From an uncultured Chloroflexia bacterium (GTDB lineage: Bacteria > Chloroflexota > Limnocylindria > Limnocylindrales > CSP1-4): a stretch of DNA of 64,000 bases. Where the stretch lies: positions 320,001-384,000 of the forward strand of contig CAVPPB010000001.1 of the NCBI GenBank assembly GCA_963707215.1, written 5' to 3'. Of this stretch, positions 17,830-26,957 are shown in pieces; positions within the stretch are counted from its first letter, which is position 1, and the number at the start of each line of letters is the position of its first letter. The position numbers were made by a program, and so were the translations under genes. The notes beneath the pieces were generated by a model that saw only the letters and a program-made list of their open reading frames with translations, ran no database searches and was not told the origin of the DNA.

Positions 17830-17894
17830 ACGCGACGACGCCTACGGGACGGTCGGACCCTGACCCGGGCCGGCCGTTCCGGCATGCTCCGCAC

Positions 17895-18611
17895 ATGGCG
17901 ACCATCCTCGTCGTCGACGACGAACCCCGGATCCGGGAGGTCGTCGCCGCCTACCTTCGCCGGGAGGGGCACACGATCCTCGAGGCGGGCGACGGCGACG
18001 CTGCCCTCGAGGGCGCTCGCACCGAGCGACCCCACCTGGTCGTGCTCGACGTGATGCTGCCGGGGCGTTCCGGCTTCGACGTCCTGCGGGCCCTTCGCGC
18101 CGACGGCCTCGACGCCCCGGTCATCCTGCTGACGGCCCGTGACGAGGTCGTCGACCGGGTGGCCGGGCTGGAGATCGGCGCCGACGACTACGTGACCAAG
18201 CCGTTCGAGCCGCGCGAGCTCGTGGCCCGGGTCGGAGCCATCCTGCGGCGCCTGGAACGGCGCGCTGGCACCGCGCCGACGGACACGACGGGTGATGATC
18301 CGTCGTCCCAGGCGTCCCGCTTCCACGACCTGCTCATCGACCCGTCGGCGCGCGAGGTCCGCCGCGGCGCCACCGACGTTCCACTGACGCGCACCGAGTT
18401 CGACCTCCTGGCCGGCCTGGCCGAGCAACCCGGACGTGCCTGGACCCGCGAGCAGATCGGCGAGCGGCTGTTCGGCGAGGCCTTCGACGCCTACGACCGG
18501 ACGGTCGACAGCCACGTCAAGAACCTTCGTCGCAAGCTGGGCCCGCGACCGGACGGCGGGCCGTACGTGGAGACGGTCCGCGGGGTGGGCTACCGGGCGG
18601 CCCGATCGTGA
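17895..18611 (+). CDS. OmpR-family response regulator
   Basis: VVDDE, LDVMLPG, GADDYVTKPF, DRTVDSHVKNLRRKL, ETVRGVGY. Confidence 0.95.
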   Translation: MATILVVDDEPRIREVVAAYLRREGHTILEAGDGDAALEGARTERPHLVVLDVMLPGRSGFDVLRALRADGLDAPVILLTARDEVVDRVAGLEIGADDYVTKPFEPRELVARVGAILRRLERRAGTAPTDTTGDDPSSQASRFHDLLIDPSAREVRRGATDVPLTRTEFDLLAGLAEQPGRAWTREQIGERLFGEAFDAYDRTVDSHVKNLRRKLGPRPDGGPYVETVRGVGYRAARS

Positions 18612-19771
18612 GCGTCCGGACCCGCCTGGCGATCGCCTTCGCGCTGGTTGCGCTCGGGACGGCCCTGGCCGTGGCTGTCACCTCGCCGTACATCGTGGGG
18701 CGCGGCTTCGCCCGCCTCCAGGCAGGTCTCGATGGCGGCGGGGGAGGCCAGGGCGGGCCGGGGAATGGTGGGCAGGGCCAGGGCCAGGGTGGGACGGGGA
18801 GCGGCGGGCAGGGCCTGGGGATCCACGCCGATGAGATCCAGCGGGAGACCGTCCTGTCGATCGTCGTCGCCTCGCTGGCCGCCGCCGGGACCGCGACGCT
18901 CATCGGGATCGCGGTGGCCGGACGGCTCACCCGGCCCCTGCGACGCCTGGAGGCCGCTGCCGAGGCCGTCGCCGCCGGGGATCTCGGGCAGCGCTCGGGG
19001 CTGGCCGACCGCTCCGACGAGCTCGGTTCGCTGGGTCGCTCCTTCGACGGCATGGCCCAGGCCCTCCAGGACGCCGACGAGACCCGACGACGCTTCCTGC
19101 AGGACGCAGTCCACGAGCTGCGCACGCCGCTCACGGTCATCGAGGCAACCAGCAGCGCGATCCTCGACGGGGTCTACGGGTCGGAGCCCCGCCATCTCGA
19201 GACGGTCCGCGACCAGGCCCGCCTCCTCTCGCGGATCGTCGACGACCTCCGGACCATCAGCCTGGCCGAGGGTGGCGCCTTGCCCATGGAGCACGACAGC
19301 ATCGAGGTGGAGGCGCTCCTGGGTGCCGTCGCCGAGGCCTTCGGTGCCCGGGCAGCCGAGCGTGGTGTCCGGCTCACGGTCGAGCCGGCCGGATCGGCAC
19401 CCACGGTCGTCGGGGACCGCGACCGCATCCGTCAGGCCCTCGGAGCCGTCCTCGACAACGCGCTCCGCCACACGCCGGCCAGGGGGGCGGTCACGTTGGC
19501 GGCGTACGGGCCGACCGCCGGGCTCGTGCGCCTCGAGGTCCGCGACACCGGCCCCGGGTTCGGCCCCGAGGATCTCCCGCATGTCTTCGACCGGTTCTAC
19601 CAGGCGGACCGGGGCCGCGATCGATCTACCGGGTCGAGCGGCCTGGGGCTCGCCATCGTCCGCGCACTCGCAGAGGCACAGGGCGGACGGGTCGGTGCTG
19701 CCGACCGACCGGACGGTGGGGCCGTCGTGTGGCTGGACCTTCCTGCCGGGCCGATCCCGCCCCCTGACTAG
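18608..19771 (+). CDS. HAMP-domain sensor histidine kinase (BaeS-like)
   Basis: 2 TM, HAMP, HELRTPL, DNALRH, DTGPG, FDRFY, GLGLAIV. Confidence 0.95.
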   Translation: MSVRTRLAIAFALVALGTALAVAVTSPYIVGRGFARLQAGLDGGGGGQGGPGNGGQGQGQGGTGSGGQGLGIHADEIQRETVLSIVVASLAAAGTATLIGIAVAGRLTRPLRRLEAAAEAVAAGDLGQRSGLADRSDELGSLGRSFDGMAQALQDADETRRRFLQDAVHELRTPLTVIEATSSAILDGVYGSEPRHLETVRDQARLLSRIVDDLRTISLAEGGALPMEHDSIEVEALLGAVAEAFGARAAERGVRLTVEPAGSAPTVVGDRDRIRQALGAVLDNALRHTPARGAVTLAAYGPTAGLVRLEVRDTGPGFGPEDLPHVFDRFYQADRGRDRSTGSSGLGLAIVRALAEAQGGRVGAADRPDGGAVVWLDLPAGPIPPPD

Positions 19772-19792
19772 CCGCTGCCCCCGCTCAGGTCG

Positions 19793-21199
19793 TCATCGCT
19801 CCAGCGCACGGAACCGATCGACCCAGCCGACGGCACCCCCGCTGGACACGAGCCGCACCGTGATCCCTGCCGCGTCGAGCACGCTGGCGGCGATCGCGGC
19901 CCGGTATCCGGAGACGCACAGGACCCAGGCCTCCGGCTCACCGGCGAGCGACCCGACTCGAGCGGGAAGATCCCCGACGAAGACCAGCTCGCTGCCGGGC
20001 AGGGTGCCCTCCTCCGCCCATTCTGCCGGCTGTCGGACATCGACAATGCGGGGACGACGCCCTCCCGCACGCTCTGCGTAGAGGTCACGCATCCGGGCGG
20101 TCGGGTACGAGCGCAGCGGCCGACCGCTGGCGACCCAGGCATCGACACCCCCGGCGAGGCGGCCGAGCCCGTCGCCGTAGCCGATCCGGAAGAGCTGGGC
20201 CACGGCCTCCCCGGCGGCATCGGGTGCATCGTCGGGGAGGATGAGCACGATCCGGCCACCGAACGGGACCAGCCAGCCCACGTAGGCCGAGAACGAATCT
20301 CCCAGCTCGACATTGAGTGCCCCGGGCAGGTGTCCGGAGGCGAACGCTTCGCGGTCCCGGGCATCGACAAGCGTCGCCCCGGCCGCCACCTGGCGTTCCG
20401 CCTCGTCCGGCTCCAGATCGGGGATGGCCGGCAGCGACCCGAGGACCGGGGGTCCGGCCCGGTTGAGCAGACCCATGTGCGCGTAGTAGGCCGGGAACCG
20501 ACGAAGGGCGGCGAGCTGACGCTCGATGAACGTCTCCTCGTCGGGCGCATGGAGGGCGGCATTCCGCTCACGCTCCAACCCGATCGTCGTCCAGCGGCCA
20601 AGATCAGGAAGGTTCGAGGCGCAGAAGCTGCCGGAACCGTGGGTCGGCAACACGACGACTTCGTCGGGCAGGTCGGCGAGGGCCTGCAGCGTCCGGTACT
20701 GGGCCCTGGTCAGGGCGTCGGTCGCCTCGGGGCCGACCAGGTCGGTCCGGCCGGCGCTGCCGACGAGGAGGCTCCCGCCGGTGAATACCGCCGTCGGATC
20801 GACCGCCGGCCCGCGATGCACCTGCCAGGCGATGTGCTCGAACGTGTGGCCGGGCGTGGACCTCGCCACGAGACGCAGGTCTCCGAGCTCCACTTCGTCG
20901 TCCTGGTCGGCCGGTCGGTGCGGGAAGGCATAGCCGCCCTTCGCCGGGGCGACGATCGTGGCCCCGGTGGCCTCCCGGACCTCACGAGCGCCCGAGAGGT
21001 AGTCGTTGTGGGCGTGGGTCTCCAGGACGTGGCGGATGCGCCAGCCACGATGGCGCGCGGCCTCGATGAACCGCCAGGCATCCCGCTGCGGGTCGACCAG
21101 GACGGCCTCGCCGCCCGAGGCGAGCAGGTAGCTGGAGTCGCCGAGCTCCGGCGTCAGGAACGTCTCGAGCTCGAGCTCGAGACTCGCAGTGTCGGTCAT
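19793..21199 (-). CDS. MBL-fold hydrolase / persulfide dioxygenase with tandem rhodanese domains
   Basis: ETHAHNDYLSG, TPGHT, GRTDL, PTHGSGSFC; two rhodanese domains, the last with CVSGYRA. Confidence 0.9.
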   Translation of the reverse strand: MTDTASLELELETFLTPELGDSSYLLASGGEAVLVDPQRDAWRFIEAARHRGWRIRHVLETHAHNDYLSGAREVREATGATIVAPAKGGYAFPHRPADQDDEVELGDLRLVARSTPGHTFEHIAWQVHRGPAVDPTAVFTGGSLLVGSAGRTDLVGPEATDALTRAQYRTLQALADLPDEVVVLPTHGSGSFCASNLPDLGRWTTIGLERERNAALHAPDEETFIERQLAALRRFPAYYAHMGLLNRAGPPVLGSLPAIPDLEPDEAERQVAAGATLVDARDREAFASGHLPGALNVELGDSFSAYVGWLVPFGGRIVLILPDDAPDAAGEAVAQLFRIGYGDGLGRLAGGVDAWVASGRPLRSYPTARMRDLYAERAGGRRPRIVDVRQPAEWAEEGTLPGSELVFVGDLPARVGSLAGEPEAWVLCVSGYRAAIAASVLDAAGITVRLVSSGGAVGWVDRFRALER

Positions 21200-21288
21200 C
21201 GGTGGGACGAGATCGGGGCGACCGACACCGGGGTGAACGGCGCGGCGCGGCGGCACGAGACATCTCGCACGGGGATGGGATCAAGCAT
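21196..21288 (-). CDS. Putative leaderless 30-aa uORF coupled to the MBL/rhodanese gene
   Basis: TAGACT-N7-ATG; MLDPIPVRDVSCRRAAPFTPVSVAPISSHR; the stop overlaps the downstream ATG (ATGA). Confidence 0.35.
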   Translation of the reverse strand: MLDPIPVRDVSCRRAAPFTPVSVAPISSHR

Positions 21289-21384
21289 CGGCCAGAGTCT
21301 ATCGCGGGCCCCGGGCCGGAGCGGGTCCGGGGTCGAGCTTCCGGACATGGGTAAGGCCCGCAGGGGGCGCGGGCCTCGACCTAA

Positions 21385-21413
21385 AACATACTGGACTGGT
21401 AGGGATTGCACAA
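21385..21413 (-). promoter_or_regulatory. Putative sigma-70 promoter (TTGTGC-N17-TATGTT) overlapped by an inverted repeat
   Basis: AT-rich patch in a GC-rich genome. An imperfect inverted repeat GACTGGTAGGG...CCCTACAGTC (21394-21425) overlaps both divergent promoters. Confidence 0.45.
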
Positions 21414-21430
21414 GCCCCTACAGTCGGATC

Positions 21431-22249
21431 ATGCGCGAATGCCACGTCGATGTCGCCGGAGGCCGCCTGTACCTGGTCGACCAGGGCGACGGACGGCCGC
21501 TCGTGCTGCTCCACGAGGGGATCGTCGACCTCCGAGCCTGGGACGGGCTGGTGCCCTTCCTGGTGGACGCTGGCCTGCGGGTCATCCGCTACGACCGGCG
21601 AGGCCACGGCCGAAGCGAAACGGAGGACGTCGAGTACAGCAACCGCTCGGACCTCATCGCGGTCCTGGACACGCTCGGCCTGGAGCGGGCGGTCCTCGTC
21701 GCCGGCTCGGCCGGCGGCCAGATCGCCATCGACGCCGCCATCGAGCATCCGGCTCGGATCGACGGGATCGTCGCCCTCGGCGCGGGGCTCGGCGGCTACG
21801 AGATCGACCTGCGCCCCGAGGAGCTTGCCCTGTTCGAGGCCATGGAACGTCTCGAGGACGCCGATCCGCCGGACGCGGCCGCGATCGCCGACCTGGATGT
21901 GCGCGTCTGGGTCGACGGTATCGGCCAGCCCGTCGACCGGGTCCCTTCCGAGGTCCGCGAGGCCGTCCGGGCGATGGACCGGGCGCTCTGGCAGCCGGGC
22001 CGGACCGGCGGCCGACCGGTACCCCTCCGCCCACCGGCCGCCGAACGGCTCGATGAGCTGCGCTGCCCGGTCCTCGCGGCCGCCGGCGAGCTCGACGTCT
22101 CGGACGTCGTCGCGACCGCCCACCACCTCGAGGCATCCGCGCCGGACGCGCGGGCGGTGATCGTGCCGGGGGTCGCCCACATGATCGCACTGGAGCGACC
22201 CGGCCTCGTCGCCGACCTCGTCGTCGGCTTCGTCCGAGCCCTCGGATAG
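21431..22249 (+). CDS. Alpha/beta hydrolase
   Basis: LLHEG, YDRRGHGRS, nucleophile elbow AGSAGG, GELD, GVAHM; TACAGT-N6-ATG start. Confidence 0.9.
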   Translation: MRECHVDVAGGRLYLVDQGDGRPLVLLHEGIVDLRAWDGLVPFLVDAGLRVIRYDRRGHGRSETEDVEYSNRSDLIAVLDTLGLERAVLVAGSAGGQIAIDAAIEHPARIDGIVALGAGLGGYEIDLRPEELALFEAMERLEDADPPDAAAIADLDVRVWVDGIGQPVDRVPSEVREAVRAMDRALWQPGRTGGRPVPLRPPAAERLDELRCPVLAAAGELDVSDVVATAHHLEASAPDARAVIVPGVAHMIALERPGLVADLVVGFVRALG

Positions 22250-22264
22250 CGAGGCCAGGGCTGC

Positions 22265-22919
22265 CTATCGGTCGCCGGCCCCGTCGTCACCGGCCCTGCT
22301 CGGCTGGCCCTCCCGGCCTCGCGGTTCGGAGACTTCGTGGTGCCGGTTGCAGCGAGCCTCGTAGGTTTCGATGGCCCGGTCGTCGAGCCCGCCGATGACG
22401 ACCAGCGGATCGTCGAGCGCAGCCGGCCGACCGTTGACGAGCCGCTGGGTGCGGGTTGCCGTTTCGCCGCAGATCACGCAGATCGCCGTGAGGGTCGTCA
22501 CCTCGTCGGCCCGAGCCATGCAGCTCCGGCATCGGCCCGAACGGCCGGCCGGCGAAGTCGAGGTTCAGGCCGGTCACGATGACGTGGCGGCCGGACCGGC
22601 GGATCGCCTCGACGACGTCGACGATGTCCGAGACGAAGAACTCGGCCTCGTCCACCCCGATCAGGTCGGCATCCGACTCGCGGGCCAGGGCCAGGATGTG
22701 CCAGGGGTCACTGGTGGACACGACGGTGGAGGGATAGCGGGCTTTCGAGCGACTCTCGGCGAACTGCGGCGGCGTCCGGGTGTCGATGTCGGGGCGGATC
22801 AGGAGCACACGCCGGCGAGCGACCTCGGCGCGCCGGAGCAGCCGCAGGAGCTCGTCGGTCTTGCCCGACGACATGCATCCGGCGATGACGTGCAGCCAGG
22901 GATCGGCGCGATAGAACAC
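22265..22919 (-). pseudogene. tdk: Thymidine kinase split by a frameshift near 22520 (pseudogene or assembly error)
   Basis: The N-part has GCMSSGKT, DEAEF and GLNLDFAGRPFG. The C-part, in another frame, has ADEVTTLTAICVICG and YEARCNRHH. The junction reads CTG-C-ATG GCT. Confidence 0.85.
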
Positions 22920-23113
22920 GGTCGGCTAGAGGGTAGCGGGTCCGACCGGCGGCGGCAGCGCTGGTCGGCGATCGGCGCGCCCAGAAGGGCTCGGGACGCA
23001 CGCCTGCGTCGGATGACGTAGCGGACGGGCGGCCGGATGTCGGTGGGCGACCGCATCGGCGACACCTAGCGTAGGCGGCACCGTCCGAACTGCCGTCTCT
23101 GGAGGAGCCGTAC

Positions 23114-24505
23114 GTGAGCGTCGCCGCGTCCCGATCCCGGGTCCCGTCTGACCGTCTGTCCCGATTGGCCCGTGCCCTGGGCGACCGCCTCGTCCTCCCG
23201 GGAGACCCCGCCTACGAGCCAGGGCGGCTGGTCTGGAACGCCACGGTCGACCGCCGGCCGGCGGGGATCATCCGGGCGGCCGGTCCCGACGACGTCGTCC
23301 GGGCGATCGCCTTCGCCCGCGAGACCGGGGTCGACATCGCCGTCAGGGGTGGGGGTCACAGCATGGCCGGTCACGGCACCGTCGACGACGGGGTCCTCCT
23401 GGACATGAGCGGCCTCCAGGGTCTCCGGATCGACCCGAGCCGACGGATCGCCCGGGTCGAGGCGGGCGTCCTCGCCGGCACCTACACCGGAGCGGCCGCG
23501 GCCCACGGCCTGGTGACCCCGTTCGGCGACACGGCGACCGTCGGCATCACCGGCCTTGCCCTCGGGGGCGGCGTCGGCTGGCTGAGCCGGAAGCTGGGCC
23601 TGACGATCGACAGCGTCCGCGCCTTCGAGCTCGTGACTGCCGATGGGGACCGAGTGACGGCCGGCCCGACCGAACACCCCGATCTCTTCTGGGCGCTCCG
23701 CGGTGGGGGTGGCAACTTCGGCGTGGTCACCGCCCTGGAGCTCGACCTCCACCCGTTGGGGCCCATCCACGGCGGCGCCGTCTTCCTGCCGCTCACCGGC
23801 GAGGTGGTCCGCGGCTACGCCGAGGTAGCCTCGACGGCCCCGGATGAGTTGACGACGATCGCGGCGGCGATGCGCCTGCCGCCCGCCCCGTTCGTGCCAC
23901 CGGCTCTCGTCGGGACCCCGGCGCTCGCGATCATGCCCGTCCACGCAGGGCCGGCGGACGACGGGGAGGCGGCGATGACGACCCTCCGCTCTCTCGGCAC
24001 GCCGCTCGTCGACATGCTCGGTCCGATGCCGTTCCCCGCCATGTACGAGCTGACCGCCGAGGGGTCACGGCGTCAGGTCGGCGTGACCCGGTCGCATTCG
24101 CTGCCCGGCCTCGACGCGGCGACGATCGACACGATCGTGGAGTCCCTCCCGGCGGCCCCGCCCGGCGGGATGGCGATGATCCAGCTCCGGATCCTGGGGG
24201 GCGCCGTCGAGCGCGTGCCGGCCGACGCCACGGCGTACGCCCATCGCGACGCGGGGGCCATCGTCGCCGTCATCGCCGGCGCCGAGGACACGGTCCAGCT
24301 CGATGCGCCGACCGCCTGGGTCCAGGATGTCGCGGCCTCGATCGCCCCACGTGCCACCGGTGCCTACGTGAACTTCCTGGAGGACGAGGGAGAGGGCCGG
24401 GTCCGGGCAGCCTATGGCGAGTCGACGTACCGTCGGCTCGGCGAGGTCAAGCGGCGCTGGGACCCGACCAACCTCTTCCGGATGAACCAGAACGTCCGGC
24501 CGTAG
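23114..24505 (+). CDS. FAD-binding oxidoreductase, berberine-bridge-enzyme family
   Basis: RGGGHS (covalent FAD His), LFWALRGGGGNFGVVT, YVNF, KRRWDPTNLFRMNQN. Confidence 0.92.
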   Translation: MSVAASRSRVPSDRLSRLARALGDRLVLPGDPAYEPGRLVWNATVDRRPAGIIRAAGPDDVVRAIAFARETGVDIAVRGGGHSMAGHGTVDDGVLLDMSGLQGLRIDPSRRIARVEAGVLAGTYTGAAAAHGLVTPFGDTATVGITGLALGGGVGWLSRKLGLTIDSVRAFELVTADGDRVTAGPTEHPDLFWALRGGGGNFGVVTALELDLHPLGPIHGGAVFLPLTGEVVRGYAEVASTAPDELTTIAAAMRLPPAPFVPPALVGTPALAIMPVHAGPADDGEAAMTTLRSLGTPLVDMLGPMPFPAMYELTAEGSRRQVGVTRSHSLPGLDAATIDTIVESLPAAPPGGMAMIQLRILGGAVERVPADATAYAHRDAGAIVAVIAGAEDTVQLDAPTAWVQDVAASIAPRATGAYVNFLEDEGEGRVRAAYGESTYRRLGEVKRRWDPTNLFRMNQNVRP

Positions 24506-24518
24506 GGCCAGGCCGACG

Positions 24519-25229
24519 TCAGCCCGGGCGTGGATCGCGAGCCACGAAGACGTCCCGCTCCCACGGGTCGCCCACGACCTCCGCGACGAGCCCGGCCTCG
24601 GCGAGAAGCCGCAGCCACGTCCCTCGGTCGAACAGGCCCTCGACGTGGCGCTCCTGCTCGACCCGGACGGTGCCGTCCGCCTCGCGGAGCAGGAAGGCGA
24701 AGTCGGTGACGAAGGTCGAGTCGGTCGGGTCCGGGTCCCAGGACCACTCGAGGTAGCGCATCGCCCGATCGGCGCCGTCGTGGCCGCCATGGTCGGTCGA
24801 TGGCCGGAACGTCTCACGGACGGCGTCGGGCATGAGGATGGCGACCCCTCCCGGGCGCAGGTGCGCCGCCACGGTCGCGAACGCCGCCGCGAGGTCGGTC
24901 TCGTCGGTCAGGTACATGACCGCGTCGTGGACCAGGACCGCGTCGAAGGTCCTCGCGAGGCGGATCGAGCGCATGTCACCGACGACGTGCTCGCTGCCCG
25001 GGTTGATGGTCCGACTCAGCTCGAGCATCGGCGGCGAGCGGTCGACGAGGGTCAACTCCAGGTCGGCCGCGAGATGCGATGCCGTGTTGCCACCCCCGGA
25101 ACCCAGCTCGAGGAGCGTCCTGAGGGGGTGGCATCGCGCCCGCAGGCACTCGAGCACCCAGGCCGCCTCCTCGGCGTAGTCCTCGGGGGCCGTCAGCAGA
25201 TGGAACCAGGGCGCGAGACGGCCGTACAT
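24519..25229 (-). CDS. Class I SAM-dependent methyltransferase
   Basis: LLELGSGGG, VDRSPPML, GDMR, FDAVLVHDA, HLRPGG. Could start further upstream at 25349. Confidence 0.9.
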   Translation of the reverse strand: MYGRLAPWFHLLTAPEDYAEEAAWVLECLRARCHPLRTLLELGSGGGNTASHLAADLELTLVDRSPPMLELSRTINPGSEHVVGDMRSIRLARTFDAVLVHDAVMYLTDETDLAAAFATVAAHLRPGGVAILMPDAVRETFRPSTDHGGHDGADRAMRYLEWSWDPDPTDSTFVTDFAFLLREADGTVRVEQERHVEGLFDRGTWLRLLAEAGLVAEVVGDPWERDVFVARDPRPG

Positions 25230-25389
25230 GAGCTCATCGCCGGACTCGGAGCGGGCGCCGTCGCCCTGCCCGATTTGTCCGGTCGAGGCGTGCTCCTCGG
25301 GAGCCCGAGATCCAGGGCGGCCGGCCCGCATGTCACCCATGCTCGCCATCTTCCCACCGAGACCCTGCTCGGTCGATAGGATGGCGGCC

Positions 25390-26535
25390 ATGGATCCCAT
25401 GTCGGTAGCCCTGGTCGTCGTCGGCCTGCCGGTGCTCCTGGTCGGCGCCGAGCTCCTCGTTCGCGGCGCATCGCGCCTGGCCCGGGCGGTCGGGATCAGC
25501 CCGGTGGTCGTCGGCCTGACGGTCGTCGCCTTCGGCACAAGCGCCCCGGAGCTGGCCGTGAACATCACGGCCGTCTATGCCGGCAACCCTGATGTCGCGG
25601 TCGGCAACGTCGTCGGCTCCAACATCGCCAACATCCTGCTGATCCTGGCCGTGGCGGCGATCGTCGCGCCGCTGGCCGTGGCGGCCAGGATCGTCCGGGC
25701 CGACGTCCCGCTGATGATCGGGACCGCGGCGCTCCTCTGGCTGTACGCGTCCGACGGCGAGCTGTCACGGCTGGAGGGCGTCATCCTCGTCGGCGGGCTG
25801 GCGATCTACATCCTGATGCTGTGGTGGGAGTCGCGTCGGGAGCCGGCCGCGATCGAGGCCGAGTTCGAGGCGGGGTTGACCAGCCGGGTCCACACGTCGG
25901 GCGGGGTCGTCCGCGACGTGGTGTTCGTGATCGTCGGCCTCGTGGCGCTGGTCGTCGGCGGACGGCTGATCGTCGACGGGGCAGTGGGGATCGCGACCGG
26001 CCTCGGCCTGCCGGAGGTCGTCATCGGCCTCACGGTGGTGGCCATCGGGACCTCGCTGCCGGAGATGGCGACCGCCGTCATCGCCGGCCTTCGGGGCGAG
26101 CCGGACCTGGCGGTCGGGAACATCGTCGGGAGCTGCATCTTCAACGTCCTGGCCGTCGTGGGGCTCACGGCGAGCGTCGCCCCCGACGCGATCCCCGTCG
26201 CAGCATCGGTGGCATCCTTCGATCTCCCGGTCATGGTGGCCGTGACGGTGATCGCCCTCCCGATCGTGCTCACCGGCTTCGTCGTCCGGCGTTGGGAAGG
26301 TGCCCTCCTGCTCGGCTACTACGCCATCTACCTGGCCTACGTCGTCCTGGACGCGACCGGGCGGCCGACCGAAGCCCTGTCCGAGGTCATGCTGACCTTC
26401 GTCATCCCTGCGACGGCGCTCGGCCTGGGTCTCGCGGCCTGGGCCGAGCTCCGCCAGCGCCGACCGGGCGCGGGTCAGGCGACTGATGGCGGGACGGCGC
26501 GGCCGGTCGACGGTGGCCCGCCAGCGTCCACGTAG
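25390..26535 (+). CDS. yrbG: Calcium/sodium antiporter (YrbG/CaCA family)
   Basis: Two alpha repeats, GTSAPE...GNVVGSNIAN and GTSLPE...GNIVGSCIFN; TAGGAT-N7-ATG start. Confidence 0.92.
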   Translation: MDPMSVALVVVGLPVLLVGAELLVRGASRLARAVGISPVVVGLTVVAFGTSAPELAVNITAVYAGNPDVAVGNVVGSNIANILLILAVAAIVAPLAVAARIVRADVPLMIGTAALLWLYASDGELSRLEGVILVGGLAIYILMLWWESRREPAAIEAEFEAGLTSRVHTSGGVVRDVVFVIVGLVALVVGGRLIVDGAVGIATGLGLPEVVIGLTVVAIGTSLPEMATAVIAGLRGEPDLAVGNIVGSCIFNVLAVVGLTASVAPDAIPVAASVASFDLPVMVAVTVIALPIVLTGFVVRRWEGALLLGYYAIYLAYVVLDATGRPTEALSEVMLTFVIPATALGLGLAAWAELRQRRPGAGQATDGGTARPVDGGPPAST

Positions 26536-26538
26536 CGA

Positions 26539-26566
26539 CCGGCCCCACCGGCGGGTGGCGGGCCGG
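26539..26566. terminator. Possible GC-rich hairpin between convergent genes
   Basis: CCGGCCC...GGGCCGG outer stem with an inner CACC/GGTG stem; no U tract. Confidence 0.3.
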
Positions 26567-26600
26567 CTCCCCCCGGAAGCCGACCCGCCGACGGAGTGAG

Positions 26601-26774
26601 CTAGATCGACCCACCGATCCGACTAAGGATCGCGGCGATCTGCTCGCCAAGAAAGATGAGGGCCACGATGGCCACGATCGCGATGAGTGCCAGGATGAGG
26701 GCGTACTCGGCCAGCCCCTGGCCGGCCTGGTCCATCGACGGGTCAAGCCGTCGTACCAGTTGACGGATGTCCAT
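26601..26774 (-). CDS. flp: Flp family type IVb/Tad pilin
   Basis: Short leader, then G/QGLAEYALILALIAIVAIVALIFLG: prepilin cleavage Gly, E+5/Y+6 and a hydrophobic helix; 57 aa. Confidence 0.9.
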   Translation of the reverse strand: MDIRQLVRRLDPSMDQAGQGLAEYALILALIAIVAIVALIFLGEQIAAILSRIGGSI

Positions 26775-26893
26775 CCGGATCTCCCCACTACGGACCCTGG
26801 ATCCGCCGTCGGGCCGGGCCCGAGCACCGCCGGCCCCACCAGCCTCGATCGGGACCGGGCTCCGGTCCATCCGTCGGGTCCCCCAGACCCGGC

Positions 26894-26909
26894 TGCGGGT
26901 CCTCCCGCA
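26894..26909. promoter_or_regulatory. Palindrome TGCGGG-N4-CCCGCA upstream of flp
   Basis: TGCGGGTCCTCCCGCA; identical arms to the copy at 28910-28925. Confidence 0.65.
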
Positions 26910-26957
26910 CGGCGGGGTCGCGCCCCGGCACGGCCGGCCACCCCGGGGCCGGCGGCG

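Noticed and set aside
18733-18820. GGCCAG/GGGCAG low-complexity repeats
   Set aside because: They encode the Gly/Gln loop of the histidine kinase; not an independent element.
22500-22540. Programmed ribosomal frameshift in tdk
   Set aside because: No slippery sequence or stimulatory structure, and two other isolated indels in the window point to sequencing error.
26775-26957. c-di-GMP or other riboswitch upstream of flp
   Set aside because: No GCAAAC/GNRA tetraloop-receptor pattern visible; the palindrome is better explained as a protein binding site.
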